In this document: positions 25,070 through 37,348 of the stretch, one piece after another
Numbering within the stretch: the stretch's first letter is position 1
How the letters are laid out: each line of letters opens with the position of its first letter
NCBI RefSeq assembly: GCF_006345805.1
Contig: NC_042997.1
Coordinates: forward strand, 184,884,001 to 184,948,000
Reading direction: 5' to 3'
Length of the DNA: 64,000 bases
Source: Octopus sinensis
Lineage: Eukaryota
The notes under the pieces: model-generated
The model's database searches: none
Seen by the model: only the letters and a program-made list of their open reading frames with translations
What the model was told of the DNA's origin: nothing
Translations under genes and position numbers: made by a program

Positions 25070-27882
25070 TAAATGACATAAAGTCACATAAGTTAGAAAT
25101 CATAGCCATAAGTGAGACCAGACTCCACAATCCGCGGGCCCTAAAGACCATGTTTGGCGGACAGTTCAACATTTATTTTTCCCCCTGTCTGCCGAGAATG
25201 GGCGGTAGTGGCACCGCGGTACTTTTTCACAAGAGTCTGGATCTCAAAGTAAGGACAATATTCGTAGACCCGGAGGGTAGACTGGTCGTCCTGGATGTCG
25301 ACGGCAGCAATGGGTGCGCTTTTCGACTCGTATCAGTCTACGCACCGCCCTTAACAGGTCGGGCGGATTTCTTTCAACGTCTAGAAGTATTCTTGGGAAC
25401 GTCTCGTCCTTTACTCTTAGTGGGGGATTGGAATGCTACCTTGGACACGCATGTAGACTACGTGGGTAGAGATAGGAATAGACGGGGATGCAAATGCCTC
25501 AGAGACCTGCTCAGACGCTTTCAACTGTCTGACAGGTTCCGACTAGACCACCCGAATGCGCCAACGTGGACATGGAGCAACCGCATCGGGTCGTCGAGAT
25601 CGTATCTAGATAGGATACTGTGTAGGACAGTAGACAGAGATAGCATAGGATGTCCACAATTCCACATAGTCAGCTACACGGATCACAAACTTGTGACATG
25701 TACGCTAGACTTAGGTAAGACACGTAGGCAAGGTCCCGGATACTGGAAACTAACCCGTCTTCCCATCGAGACAGTTTTCAGAGACCGGATTAGCACACTA
25801 GTAAAGAGGGCTTTGACGGGAGCCATCATCAACAACAAATTGTGGTTTGCCCTCAAGAGAGCAGTAAAATCAGAAGCGATTAGGTACAGCAAAGCACTAG
25901 CCATAGATAGAAATAGAGTAGAGGGTGAGCTAGTTAAGAAGCTAGAAGAGGCAATTAGAAGCGGCATCGCATCCGACGTTTTGGCGGCGAGGTTGGCCCT
26001 CGACCAACACTTCAACGCCAAACACGAAGGATGTGCTGTCAGAGCTAGGATGCGTGCTCTAAGGAACGAAGGTGTTGGAGCCGCGAGAGACGCCCGGGTG
26101 GCAGAGGCGCAACAGGGCAACAAAGCCACCATTCGGTCCCTGGTAGATGAACAGGGGCGCGAATTGCTCGAGCCAAGTAAAATGTGTGAGGCCTTTCAGC
26201 AGCATTTTGCCCGACTGTTCGGAACGAGTGGAGGGCAAGAACGTAGGGTGGACTTCAGTGCCTACCTACATAGCCTACCACGACTCTCGACAAGAAAGGC
26301 AGGGTGCTGCGAAGGTGCCATCACGGCGGCGAAAGTGCAGGAAGCGATGGCAGAATGCTCGGGGGACAAATCACCGGGTTTGGATGGTCTACCCTACGAG
26401 CTTTACAATTGTATGCCAGACTTGTTTGGAGATCTCTTGGCGGCGGTGTACTGCAACTGGCAGCAAAACGGGAGCATTCCTGGTTTTGTGAGCCGAGGAG
26501 CCGTAACACTGCTGAAGAAAGATCTAAACAAGGGAAATGTAATAGATAACTTTAGGCCCATCACTCTGCTTAATGCAGACTTGAAAATTTTGGCCAAGGT
26601 GCTAGCCAAGAGGTTGGCGCTTGTCATCGAGAAACTGGTCGACAGGGCGCAAACATGCGCCGTGCCAGGCTGGACCATCCATGACAACCTCCACCTGATG
26701 CGCTACATCATAGACAGGGTAGTTAACGAACCTGGCATGGGTGGGTCGCTGATCAATTTGGATCAATCGAAAGCTTTCGATAGGGTGGACCATCGATACT
26801 TGGAGGCGGTCCTCGGAGCGGCTGGCTTCGGTCCCGTCTTCCGCGGCTGGATAGCCGCTTTGTACAGAGGCATCCGTTCGGTAATTCGCGTGAATGGACA
26901 TCTATCGAGACCCTTCGACATCGCACGTTCGGTCCGTCAGGGATGCCCCCTCTCGTCGCTTCTATACGTATTGACTCTTGAGCCATTATTGCGGAAGCTG
27001 GCAACCTTGAGAGGCATCCCGCGAGAACTGGGATGCGGGACGAGCGTGTCTGCATACGCGGACGACGTCACCGTCATAGTGTCTAGCCACGAGCACATCG
27101 AGCAGGTCGGCGAGACACTGAAAAACTACGAAGCGGTGACAGGAGCGAAAATCAACCGGGAAAAGTCAGTGGGCTTGCGACTAGGCACCTGGAGAAGCAA
27201 GCCCATGCCGTCCACCAGTGCCTCCGTCGTGGGAAGCTGGGCCGACGGCCCGGTTGAGTTACTCGGGGTCTGGTTTGGTCCGGACCTCCAAGTGGAGAAG
27301 AACTGGAACGAGATAACGAGTAGGGTGGTCACTCTCGCCCGGCAATGGGCCGAGAGGAAACTGTCCTTAAAAGGTCGGGCGGAGGTGGCGAACACGTACA
27401 TCGCGTCCGTCATCTACTACCGCCTGACCGTCGTACCTTGTCCCGACCCTACCATCACCAAACTACAACGCATTCTCTTTCGCTTCTTGTGGAAAGGATG
27501 CGTCCCGATGGTCAGGCGATCCATTTGCTGTCAACACCCGTTAAAAGGAGGGCTGGGCATGCCGTGGTTGATGATGCGCAGACACGCGCTGAGACTACGA
27601 CATCTCTGGCTCTATGTAGACGACGGTGAACAGGTGTGGTCGCCGTTTGTGAGACACGCATTCCCGCAGCTCGTCTCCATGACCGAACTGCAGTCGTGGA
27701 TCAAAAAGAGGCCGAAGAAGGGCGTATGGCACCGCGAGTGTCGCGTTGCTCTCAAGCAACTCTGCCGTCCTGGGTCGACCTTGAGTGACTTCAACACAAC
27801 CAAAGCATTCTATAGGGGATTAGTGGGGGGAGGTACGACGACGAGCTCGGGGCAAACCTGGGCGTCGACGAGGAGTACCTGA
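25070..27882 (+). CDS. Tx1-type ORF2, APE endonuclease + reverse transcriptase (N-terminus missing; frameshift at ~27830)
   Basis: IIAISETRL, LVSVYAP, LVGDWNATLD, SYLDRIL, TDHKLV, GPGYWKL, KSPGLDGLP, FRPITLLNADLKIL, LDQSKAFDRVDH, VRQGCPLS, AYADDV. The first ~140 aa of the track ORF (24649-25069) are microsatellite read-through. Confidence 0.92.
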
Positions 27883-28439
27883 CCCGCCTGTTTCAAACGA
27901 CTTTCGGCCCGGGACCTATGGACAACTTCCAGAGATCCCTGGCCTGGCGGTGCTACCGAGAAGCGCTACCCGTTCGGGATAAGCTCTATAGGCATGGCTC
28001 GAGAAACACGGGGCCGACCTGCCCGAGATGCGGGCAGAGCGACGAAACCGCTCTGCACGCAATCGTGCAGTGTCCAGCAATTTCCCACCTGTGGGCTTAT
28101 GTCGAACGACTGCTGTCACATGTGGGACGTGTCGGTTTATCAGCCGAGTCTATCGTTAATATCGTCACGCCTCCTTCCTTCAAACGGGAAGGAAGAGCTA
28201 TTTTTATCATACTTGTGGCTATGGCGAAAGAATGTATCTGGTGGACTCGCCTGAAAGGATTAGAGACAAACACTTTCCTCTCTGGTCAATCTCTCATCAA
28301 CTTCTTCAAGTATCACTTGAAGAGGAAAGTGAGAGTAGAGAGGCAAGTTTTGTCTAGTGAATGTTTTAAAAAAAGATGGGTGAATGTAGCAAGGATGGCA
28401 CGTATGAATGACGAAGCCACCTTGACTATGATTCTATGA
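27831..28439 (+). CDS. Tx1 ORF2 C-terminal portion (zf-RVT-like) in the shifted frame
   Basis: Frame from 27831 reads RYDDELGANLGVDEEYLTRLFQTTFGPGP, joining MDNFQRSL..LPVRDKL..CPRCGQSDETALHAIVQCP. Confidence 0.85.
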   Translation, partial: RYDDELGANLGVDEEYLTRLFQTTFGPGPMDNFQRSLAWRCYREALPVRDKLYRHGSRNTGPTCPRCGQSDETALHAIVQCPAISHLWAYVERLLSHVGRVGLSAESIVNIVTPPSFKREGRAIFIILVAMAKECIWWTRLKGLETNTFLSGQSLINFFKYHLKRKVRVERQVLSSECFKKRWVNVARMARMNDEATLTMIL

Positions 28440-28793
28440 ACCATAAAAATTAATACAGAGAGTTACTTATTTGCAAAAAAAAAAAAAAAGAAATATAACA
28501 TGTGACTTCAATGACCGAGGTTACCGTGGTCTTTTCCGTAGGCTTTTCTTTCCACGGGTAAACCTCACCTGTCCTCCCCTTTACACTTCATATTGACATT
28601 TCTGTGATAACGATCTCTATTATTCATTTTCTTTTTTTTCTCTCCCCCCCCCTTTTTTTGGTCCTTTTTCTTTCCTTTTACGATCCCTTTTGATCGAAAA
28701 CCACCACTCTCTTTTTTTTTACCCCCAAAAGAAAAGCTCTACCTTGTAATTTGTTCTATCTGTGTGCAGCCCTGTGTGGCTAATAAAGAAACA

Positions 28794-28807
28794 TATCTAT
28801 CTATCTA

Positions 28808-28849
<42 letters not shown>

Positions 28850-28968
28850 CTTTCTTTCTTTCTTTCTTCTTTCTTTCTTTCTATCTATCTATCTATCTAT
28901 ATATCTATCTATATATCTATCTATATATCTATCTATCTACCTACCTATCTATCTATCTACCTACCTAC

Positions 28969-29022
<54 letters not shown>

Positions 29023-29039
29023 GCCTATCTATCTATCTG

Positions 29040-29098
<59 letters not shown>

Positions 29099-29100
29099 GT
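28794..29100. repeat. (ATCT)n/(TTTC)n microsatellite, 3' flank of the Tx1 element
   Basis: Direct reading. Confidence 0.95.
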
Positions 29101-29395
29101 GCCTGTACATGTGTGCGTGTATGCGTTAGCGTGTATGTGTGCGCGTGTATGCGTGTGTGTGTGCATGTACAAGGGAGGAAGAATGGTAGATATAAAGAGA
29201 CTGTATTTGCTCAGTGGTGTTTCTGTTCATGACAACGTTTTATATATTTGTGTTTGAACTTATGACTTAGTGTATGAGAAGAAAGAAGGAAATTCGCGTA
29301 AAGCCATGTAGTGATGTAAAGTAGAGCAAATGGAAAACGGTGTAGCTAATTGTATAAATTTGTGTATATTTGTAAATATTACATATATATATATA

Positions 29396-29439
<44 letters not shown>

Positions 29440-30059
29440 TTGTGCGCGCGTGCGTGTATGTATGTGTCTGTGTGTGTTTTGTGTACGTGTTTTTGTAGAT
29501 GTTAGTGAACGTATGTCTGCAACGGTTTCTGCCTGAGCTTCTTTTATAGTGTTTTTCTCTTCCCCACCCCTTTTTCTATTCACCCAAGTGTATGGCCAGT
29601 GATCATCAGATGTAGCTATATGAGTCAGACACGCGGAAAAAATCTTCCCTTTCTCGATAAATATTCATGAATACTTTCTAACGTGTTGGATACAATGTAA
29701 TTCATTGCCCATATCAAAAAAAACTTCTCCGTGATAAAATAGTGTGTCACCTGTGAGCATGTCTAATCTGATTTCACTTTTTATCAAACACATTGTTTTT
29801 TCTCCTGTTTACGTTTGTTGACTGGCCTATTGAGTAGCTTGCTATTTGCTATATATCTACTTAACTTCCTTTGAAGACTTACCTATGTATATATTTTATC
29901 CTTTTACTTTGCTTAACTAATGCATGCAGGGAATTACAGAACATGAGTTATATTTCTTTTACATGGAATAACGCCAAACACAAAGAATAAATGAAAATAT
30001 CAACTAGATGGATTTTTTACGTTACATAACAAGTACTTAATTACTCCGACACTGGTCAG

Positions 30060-30670
30060 ATTTCAACTCAACATTAAAAGACCTGGCACTTCGTCGGTAA
30101 CGACGAAGAAGTTTCTAGTTGATCAGTTCAACGGAACAACCTGCTCATGAAATTGACATACATGTGCCTGAGCAATCCGCAGAATAAGGAGTGGTTGGAG
30201 ATCACGCGCTCGTTAGCCTTAAATCACCAGGCCTGGTCGGCGTTTGTGAGAGATGCAGCATTGAGGATGAATGAAGCCAGCTCAACCCACCCCGTGTGAA
30301 TGCTGTAAGTAGAAGAAGAAGAGCAATTCGCAGACACGTGAACCGAATACCCTAACCGCTAAGCCACAAAATTAAAAAAAAAAACACTTAATGTAATCAG
30401 TTTGCAGAGTTAGTATTTCCGACGAACCTGCTCATGAAATTGACGTACATGTGGCTGAGCAATCCGCAGACACGTGTACCCATAACGTCGCTCTCAGGAG
30501 ATTCAGTGTGACACATAGTGGGACAATGAAATACATACACTACTCATTTTTGCCGGCTGAATGCACTGGACCAACGGGAAATAAAGTATCTTGATCAAGG
30601 ATACGTGTCGCCGGGAATTGAACATATGACCTTACGATTGTGATTCGAATACCGTAACCACTTAGCCATG
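30060..30670 (-). mobile_element. Two SINE family B fragments, locally duplicated; the first is interrupted by a LINE 3' end
   Basis: CTGCTCATGAAATTGAC...GAGCAATCCGCAGA occurs twice; ~45-bp direct repeat at ~30372-30423 and ~30673-30721. Confidence 0.7.
30183..30320 (+). mobile_element. Very short LINE 3' end (RTE-like) with TSD
   Basis: Ends ...SLALNHQAWSAFVRDAALRMNEASSTHPV* plus an (AGA)n tail; 13-bp TSD GAGCAAT(C/T)CGCAG at 30170-30182 and 30321-30333. Confidence 0.65.
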
Positions 30671-30856
30671 ACATTAAAAACACACTTAATGTAATCAGTT
30701 TGCAGAGTTAGTATTTCCGACAAAGCTGTATTCTCTCGTCCATAAACGATGCGTTCAGTCGAGGAAGGGTATATTAAAAATTTTACAAGTTTGTCACAAA
30801 AGCTGTTTCAATTTTTCCAAAGCATAATGATGTTTTGCTTCCTGGATTTTGTTAGT

Positions 30857-31090
30857 TACTCTATTACTTGTTTCAGTCATTTGACTGTGGCCATGCTGGA
30901 GCACTGCCTTTAGTCGAGCAAATCGACCCCAAGACTTATTCTTTGTAACCCTACTACTTATTCTATCGGTCCCTTTTTGCCGAACCGTTAAGTTACGGGG
31001 ACGTAAACATACCAGCATCGGTTGTCATGCGATGTTGGGGGGGACAAACACAGATACACAAACGTATACACACACACACACACACTCATA

Positions 31091-31136
<46 letters not shown>

Positions 31137-31301
31137 ACGACGGGCTTCTTTCAGTTTCCGTCAACCAAATCCACTCACAAGGCTTTGGTCGGCCCGAGGC
31201 TATAGTAGAAGACACTTGCCCAAGGTGCTACGCATTGCGACTGAACCCGGAACCATGTGGCTGGTAAGCAAGCTACTTACCACAGAGCCACTCCTGCGCC
31301 T
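30857..31301 (-). mobile_element. SINE family A
   Basis: Full-length homology. Confidence 0.9.
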
Positions 31302-31687
31302 ATGTATATTGAGAGAAAATTGCAACCTTTTTGTAGAATTAATGTAACTTCAGAACACAGCTAAAAAATTTATAAAAATAAAAAAAGAACTTACACAGAA
31401 AAGAAAACAGGATAATGGTCCATTATATACTTATACCAAATAGAATTATCTGGCAGTTATTTTTCTCTGTAACGCTCGGTATCTTTTGTGCAAATTCCTT
31501 TCCTGTATATTACCAACACTCTTTAATTTTAATGATAAAAATTGTAAATCAGCCCTATGCTTGGTTTCATGGATACACATGAAGTTTCAAATGTACCTTT
31601 TACATGAAAAAAAACAATTTTTGAATTTTTGATGAATATTTCTGTCCTTCACCGAAGGCGATAATGATGTATATATATATATATATA

Positions 31688-31843
31688 TACGGGATTCTTT
31701 CAGTTTCCGTTTACAAAATCCACTCACGAGGCTTTGGTTGGCTCCTGAGGCTATAGTAGAAGACACTTTCCACGCAGTGGGACTGAACCCAAAATCATGT
31801 GGTTGAGAAGCAAACTCCTCACCATATAGCTACCCCTGTGCCT
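31688..31843 (-). mobile_element. SINE family A, 5' part
   Basis: ACGGGATTCTTTCAGTTTCCG...GGGACTGAACCC. Confidence 0.75.
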
Positions 31844-32372
31844 TCTATAAGTATTCAAAATCCTCTCAACAGGGAACCTCATTCAAACAATATCATCTTA
31901 TGATATCATTTAATATAAAGCTATGTAATAATCATGCAAGCATGACAAATTTACATATTTCACCGTAGCCAGTAAAAATTCATTCCATTCCCATTTGAAT
32001 CTCATCAGAGGTGTCTGCATCTCTTGAGTAAACACAGAGAAGCAAGTAACCAATACGTTTATGAAGCCACCAAACCTTGTGTTTACATATACGTATTCAT
32101 GTATACACTTTCTCTCCTTCGCGCACCTAAACATTAGCTTCTTTCAAACACACAGTACTGCTACGTATTTCCTACAGCCATTTTAACAGATTTTGTTTAA
32201 TTTCTTTATTAAACTGACTCGAGATTAGACGCTGTCACTAAAGTGTCACTTCTTCTGTTTTTCACTTCGTCTTTAGTGGAAATTGAAAATAATTCTGTTC
32301 GCCGCTTTATCAATATTTCATTATTTTACACATTTCCCAAACATTTATGTTGCTGTATTGTGTTAAATTGTC

Positions 32373-32620
32373 GAGGCGCGTGGCTTAGTGGTTTGCGTAT
32401 CAGCACCATGATCGTAAGATTATGGTTTCGATTCCTGGACCGGGCGACGCATTGTGTTCTTGAGCAAAACACTTCATTTTACGTTGCTCCAGTCCACTCA
32501 GCTGGCAAAAAATGAGTAACGCTGCGATGGTCTGGCGTCCCGGCCAGCTGGGGAACACATACGCCATAAAAAACCGGGAAATCGGGCCCATGAGACTGGC
32601 TAGGCTTTAGACAGGGCGCA
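32373..32620 (+). mobile_element. SINE family B
   Basis: Homology to 16930-17163. Confidence 0.85.
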
Positions 32621-32752
32621 TTTAAATTTTTATTATTATTGTGTTAAATTCTGCTAGAAATTGTTATCTAGATATTTTGTTCAAGAATATGATTTTCGGT
32701 TTGTTTCTTCATTCGTTAATTCCAAATGTTCTTAGACAATAATATTTCTTGT

Positions 32753-33333
32753 TTTTGGTTTATGAGCCAGCGTGTTGTATTTTGAACTCATTAACTACTT
32801 TTTTGCATAAAGGTAATCACATACACACACACACACACACACACACGCGCGCATACACACACACACACACACGCACACGGGAATAAAAATAGTAACCTAT
32901 TTGGCGATAGGGACATGGATGAATACGTACCTAGCGTGAACTAACATAGTGACATGAACATATAAGTACACAAATATAGTAGATATAACTACATATTCCC
33001 CCAATATGCAGGAATAACAAGTTTCCTGTTAATATATATATCGCCATGATCGACCAGGCTATCTGATGTTGCTACACATCGCTGGTCACAATGCGCTTCG
33101 CATTGTTTTAGCCTTCAAATGACGCCACCCCGCTGGCTAAGCGAGCAGGCAAACAGAAGAAAGAGTGAGAAAGAGTACAGCAGGGATCGCCACCACCCAC
33201 TGCCGGAGCCTCGTAGAGCTTTAGCTCAATAAACACCCACAACTCCCGGTCTGAGAATCGAAACCGCGATCCTACAACCGCGAGTCCACTGCCCTAACCA
33301 GTAGGCCATTGCGCCTCCACGTTACTATATATA

Positions 33334-33375
<42 letters not shown>

Positions 33376-33685
33376 GTTTATGAGCCAGCGTGTTGTATTT
33401 TGAACTCATTAACTACTTTTTTGCATAAAGGTAATCACATACACACACACACACACACACGCACACGGGAATAAAAATAGTAACCTATTTGGCGATAGGG
33501 ACATGGATGAATACGTACCTAGCGTGAACTAACATAGTGACATGAACATATAAGTACACAAATATAGTAGATATAACTACATATTCCCTCAATATGCAGG
33601 AATAACAAGTTTCCTGTTAATATATATATCGCCATGATCGACCAGGCTATCTGATGTTGCTACACATCGCTGGTCACAATGCGCT
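32753..33685. repeat. Direct duplication 32753-33097 / 33371-33685
   Basis: Near-identical; differs in (CA)n length and one substitution. The second copy is cut off by a CR1-type fragment. Confidence 0.9.
33042..33319 (-). mobile_element. SINE family B variant
   Basis: Minus-strand head GGAGGCGCAATGGCC...; homologous to 47403-47710 and 62638-62823. Confidence 0.85.
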
Positions 33686-34436
33686 AATCCACTTTGGAAA
33701 AGAGGATGCCCTGAAACTCCCATACTCCCTTCCTTCAGGTGAAACTCTCGCGGCGTCCAACAACATCAGAGACTTGGGAGTAATTGTGGACAACAACGTA
33801 AGCTGGGCCACTCATATAAACACCAAAGTTGACATGGCCCGCAGATTGTGTTCCTGGATTCTCAGAACTTTCCAGTCGAGAGATATCCACACCATTATCC
33901 TTCTCTTCTCCACTTTTGCCCGACCCCACCTTGAATACTGTTGTCCACTGTGGTCTCCCCACACAATACAAGGTATCATAAAAGTTGAAGCACCTCAAAG
34001 GGCAATCACAAAAAAGATAGATGGCATGACAGGCCTCGACTATTGGGGTCGACTAGAAAAGCTAAAACTCTATTCTCTCCAACGTCGTCGTGAGCGCTAC
34101 ATCATCTGCATGATGTGGAAAATATTCCATCAGCATTGCCCAAATGATGTTGGCATCACCTTTAATGTACATCCAAGGCTTGGCCCCCGTGCCATCCGCC
34201 CAAAACAAAAATCGCACTCTCATCTCATAACAATACGGCACAATTATTTCACCTCAATTGGCCCCGCTCTCTTTAACATTACACCAAAACACATTAAAAC
34301 AGAAACTGACCCTATAGGGTTCAAGAAGTCTTTGGACAGATTCCTTCAAGAAATCCCGGATAAACCCCCTACACCCGGATATGTCTCTGTAAACAATAAC
34401 TCTCTACTTGAGTGGGCCATAGTGCCCAAATTCTGA
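33686..34436 (+). CDS. C-terminal part of CR1-type reverse transcriptase (5'-truncated)
   Basis: IRDLGVIVD..W..HI, RPHLEYCCPLWSP, LEKLKLYSLQRRRER, FKKSLDRFL. The track's first ~10 aa are SINE-derived. Confidence 0.85.
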
Positions 34437-34514
34437 CTTGAAAGACTTCACCAGGTGGTGCTATTAAGTTAGACATGGCCTGGGCCAATAATGGCCGAAA
34501 CCTATCAAAGTAAG

Positions 34515-34516
<2 letters not shown>
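33686..34516 (+). mobile_element. CR1-type LINE 3' fragment
   Basis: RT C-terminal ORF plus 3' UTR CAGGTGGTGCTATTAAGTTAGACATGGCCTG...GGCCGAAAC shared with 44845-45291. Confidence 0.85.
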
Positions 34517-34581
<65 letters not shown>

Positions 34582-35289
34582 GTGTGTTTATAAAATTAGT
34601 GTGTGTGTTTGTATATGACTGTATATCTACACGAATGCCTATACACAACCTGTAGAACATAATACACTTTAAATAATACACATCTCTATATAAACAACAA
34701 TTAACGGCCGTATTACTCAAGGTACGTTTCTCTATTCCCAGCAAGACAAACAACCAACCACACCTCTATTAAAACATTGCTATTAGTCATATCAATTCCT
34801 CACCAAACTAAATTCCACTCACATTTAATACTATATTTTAATGTAGGCACGATATTTTAGCAAATTATTCAAATTTGTCTCACAGAATCAATGTATATAC
34901 AACTTTCATGCAATATCTTCAATGAATTCCCCTTCTTTGCGAACTGAAATTTCAATATCTGGTGATCGGAAACAAGTAAAGCTGTAACGAACTTTATTTT
35001 GCAAACCGCCCCGTTTCGTAATCTAGTTTTTAAAGGTTAAATTACAAAATTAGTAGAGTTAACATTAAATGGAAGCATTATTTGTTGTAAAGGTGAAATG
35101 ACCGCAAGCATATCATAGAACCTCTGAAGCAACTTTCTAAAGAGAAAATATAATAAGAATGTAATTATATCAACAAAGAAAACAAGAAACTGAAACAATT
35201 TTAGATAAGCAAAATATTAGTTTTCCCAGCATAAACTTCGAGGAATATCAGCTAGTGTCTTTTATTATATTATAGATGCGCTGAATTCG

Positions 35290-35448
35290 ATTGGCTCGGC
35301 GCCATTTTGAAGATGTCTCGGTGTTTTCTGTTGAATTGAAGCCAGTTAAGAGCAAAAAGGTGTTGGAACAAAGTCAACTTATTTTTTCAGCCATTTTTCT
35401 TCCTTTCTTCTGTTTCTTATTCGGTCAAATCTACAAGATAAGGTAAAT
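35290..35448 (+). promoter_or_regulatory. Candidate promoter and non-coding first exon
   Basis: ATTGG (35290-35294), YY1-type CGCCATTTTG (35300-35309) in a CpG-containing patch, possible donor AAG|GTAAAT at 35443. No downstream coding exon identified. Confidence 0.3.
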
Positions 35449-36975
35449 GTGAATGAACTCATGTTTATTAATACGGAATTCGTTTATGAAATGAAAGAAA
35501 AAAGTAGTATATAGATTAGATATTTTTAGGTTTTGCTAATTTTCTTACTTGTTTATTAACGTAAATATATATTTTAATTATAAATGCTTCTATAGAAGAA
35601 TTTAATTACACTTTATTACATAATTTCTTGTGATGATTTTAGTTTTTTTTTTTTACATTGGATTCCAGCAAATATTTGATGAGTAATTTCACCTCTTCAT
35701 CCACTCTCTATTTATCGTTTTATCTCTTCTTACATTTAAGTATTTTTTGTTGTTTTTCATCATTCATTAACTCATTCATTAACCATCTATTTTCTGTATT
35801 TTCTCTATCAAATTCGTTCATTTCTCTCTATCTCTCATTCATCAATACCTCCTTTGATTTGTCTCTTTTTTAGCCTCTACATCTTTTCATAATCGATATA
35901 AAATAGCAAATTGAATCTTACCTAGCTTTCTGTGACTTCTTGTCCCACAATATGCAAATGATACATCAAATTTTCTTACAAATCCTCATGTCTCTCGAAC
36001 TTTCTGATGCCCGATTCCCTACATCTCTCTCCCTCTCTCAGTTGACCATTCTCTGTCTCATCTTACAAAGGCGTTCTTCAGCAGTTAAAAGGCTTGTCAG
36101 AAGACCATTTCCAACCCAGAGGTCAGTTAAATGTACGGATAATTTTTTGAGTATGAATTCCACAGATGGTTTGCATTACAGCACATGTTCCCAGTCTAAA
36201 GATAAATTAGATGTACATCTGTAAATATCAAATTTTGAGAATCAACTCTACCGAATGCTTTGACATACAACAAACATCAACTGCTTTTGTATGAAATATG
36301 CATCTTTCCATATTACCCACTCTCTATAGAGTTCTGATAGAACAAATCAGCATAAGATAGAAGAATTTGCTAAAACAATAGGCATAATATGAGAATTAAT
36401 GTATATATAAAGAAAATGGTCATTAGCTTTCATGTGGCTAACAAAAATAATACGCCTTGCTTTATGGTTATTTTCACATATGAGCCATATATTTGCCTTC
36501 TTTCAAAGGACTTCACGGAAAGGACCCTCAATAAAGTATTATCAAACGTTTTATTTTAGAAAACCAAATTTTCTCGAGTTCTATTCAATATTATACTATT
36601 ATTTTGTTCTAGCCGTCAGCATACCCGAGTAGTTACATGGGCAGCTTTCAAAGCGTATCACTACGATTAATTTTTAATTGAATGATAAAATAGCGATTGC
36701 CTTCCCAGCCTCTCTGTGGAACTATACAAAAGACACCCTCGCCCCCCCCCAAACAAAAAAACTCCAAACAAACATATTCGAATATATACTAGTGAGTAAA
36801 ATGCCTAGCGATTTGAATAATATAGAGTCTTGCTTAAACCAAGCAACAGAAGTGAGATGTAATAAATGCAGACATGAATACGCTTTACAAAACCTAAAGC
36901 TACTTATTTACAATTTATGTTTTGAAGTTATATATATATAGAGAGAAGGGAAGTAGCCTATCAGGTTAAAATTTT

Positions 36976-37348
36976 TTACTCTTTTTACTTGTTTCAATCA
37001 TTTTACTGTGGCCATGCTGGAGCACTGCCTTTAGTCGAGCAAATCGACCGCAGGACTCATTCCTTGTAAGCCTACTACTTATTCTATCGGTCTTTTTTAC
37101 CGAACCGCTAAATTACGGTTGTCAAGCGGTGTTGGGGGGACAAACAGAGAGACACAAACATATACACACACATATATATATACATATATACAACGGGCTT
37201 CTTTCAGTTTCCGTTTACCAAATCCACTCACAAGGCTTTGGTCGACCCGAGGCTATAGTAGAAGACATTTGCCCAAGGTGCCACACAGTGGGACTGAACA
37301 CGGAAACATGTGGTTGGTGAACAAGCTACTTACCACACAGCCACTCCT
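36976..37348 (-). mobile_element. SINE family A (internal deletion)
   Basis: Homology. Confidence 0.85.

Larger units (their letters stand above)
25070..28793 (+). mobile_element. Tx1/L1-clade non-LTR retrotransposon, 5'-truncated, near-intact ORF2 plus 3' UTR
   Basis: APE endonuclease, RT and C-terminal zinc-finger motifs; 3' UTR ends AATAAAGAAACAT, then (ATCT)n resumes. Confidence 0.92.

Noticed and set aside
34477-34505. Hammerhead in the CR1 3' UTR (CCTG-GGCC aataat GGCC-GAAAC)
   Set aside because: No CUGANGA core or helix I/III; better explained as an ordinary LINE 3' stem-loop.
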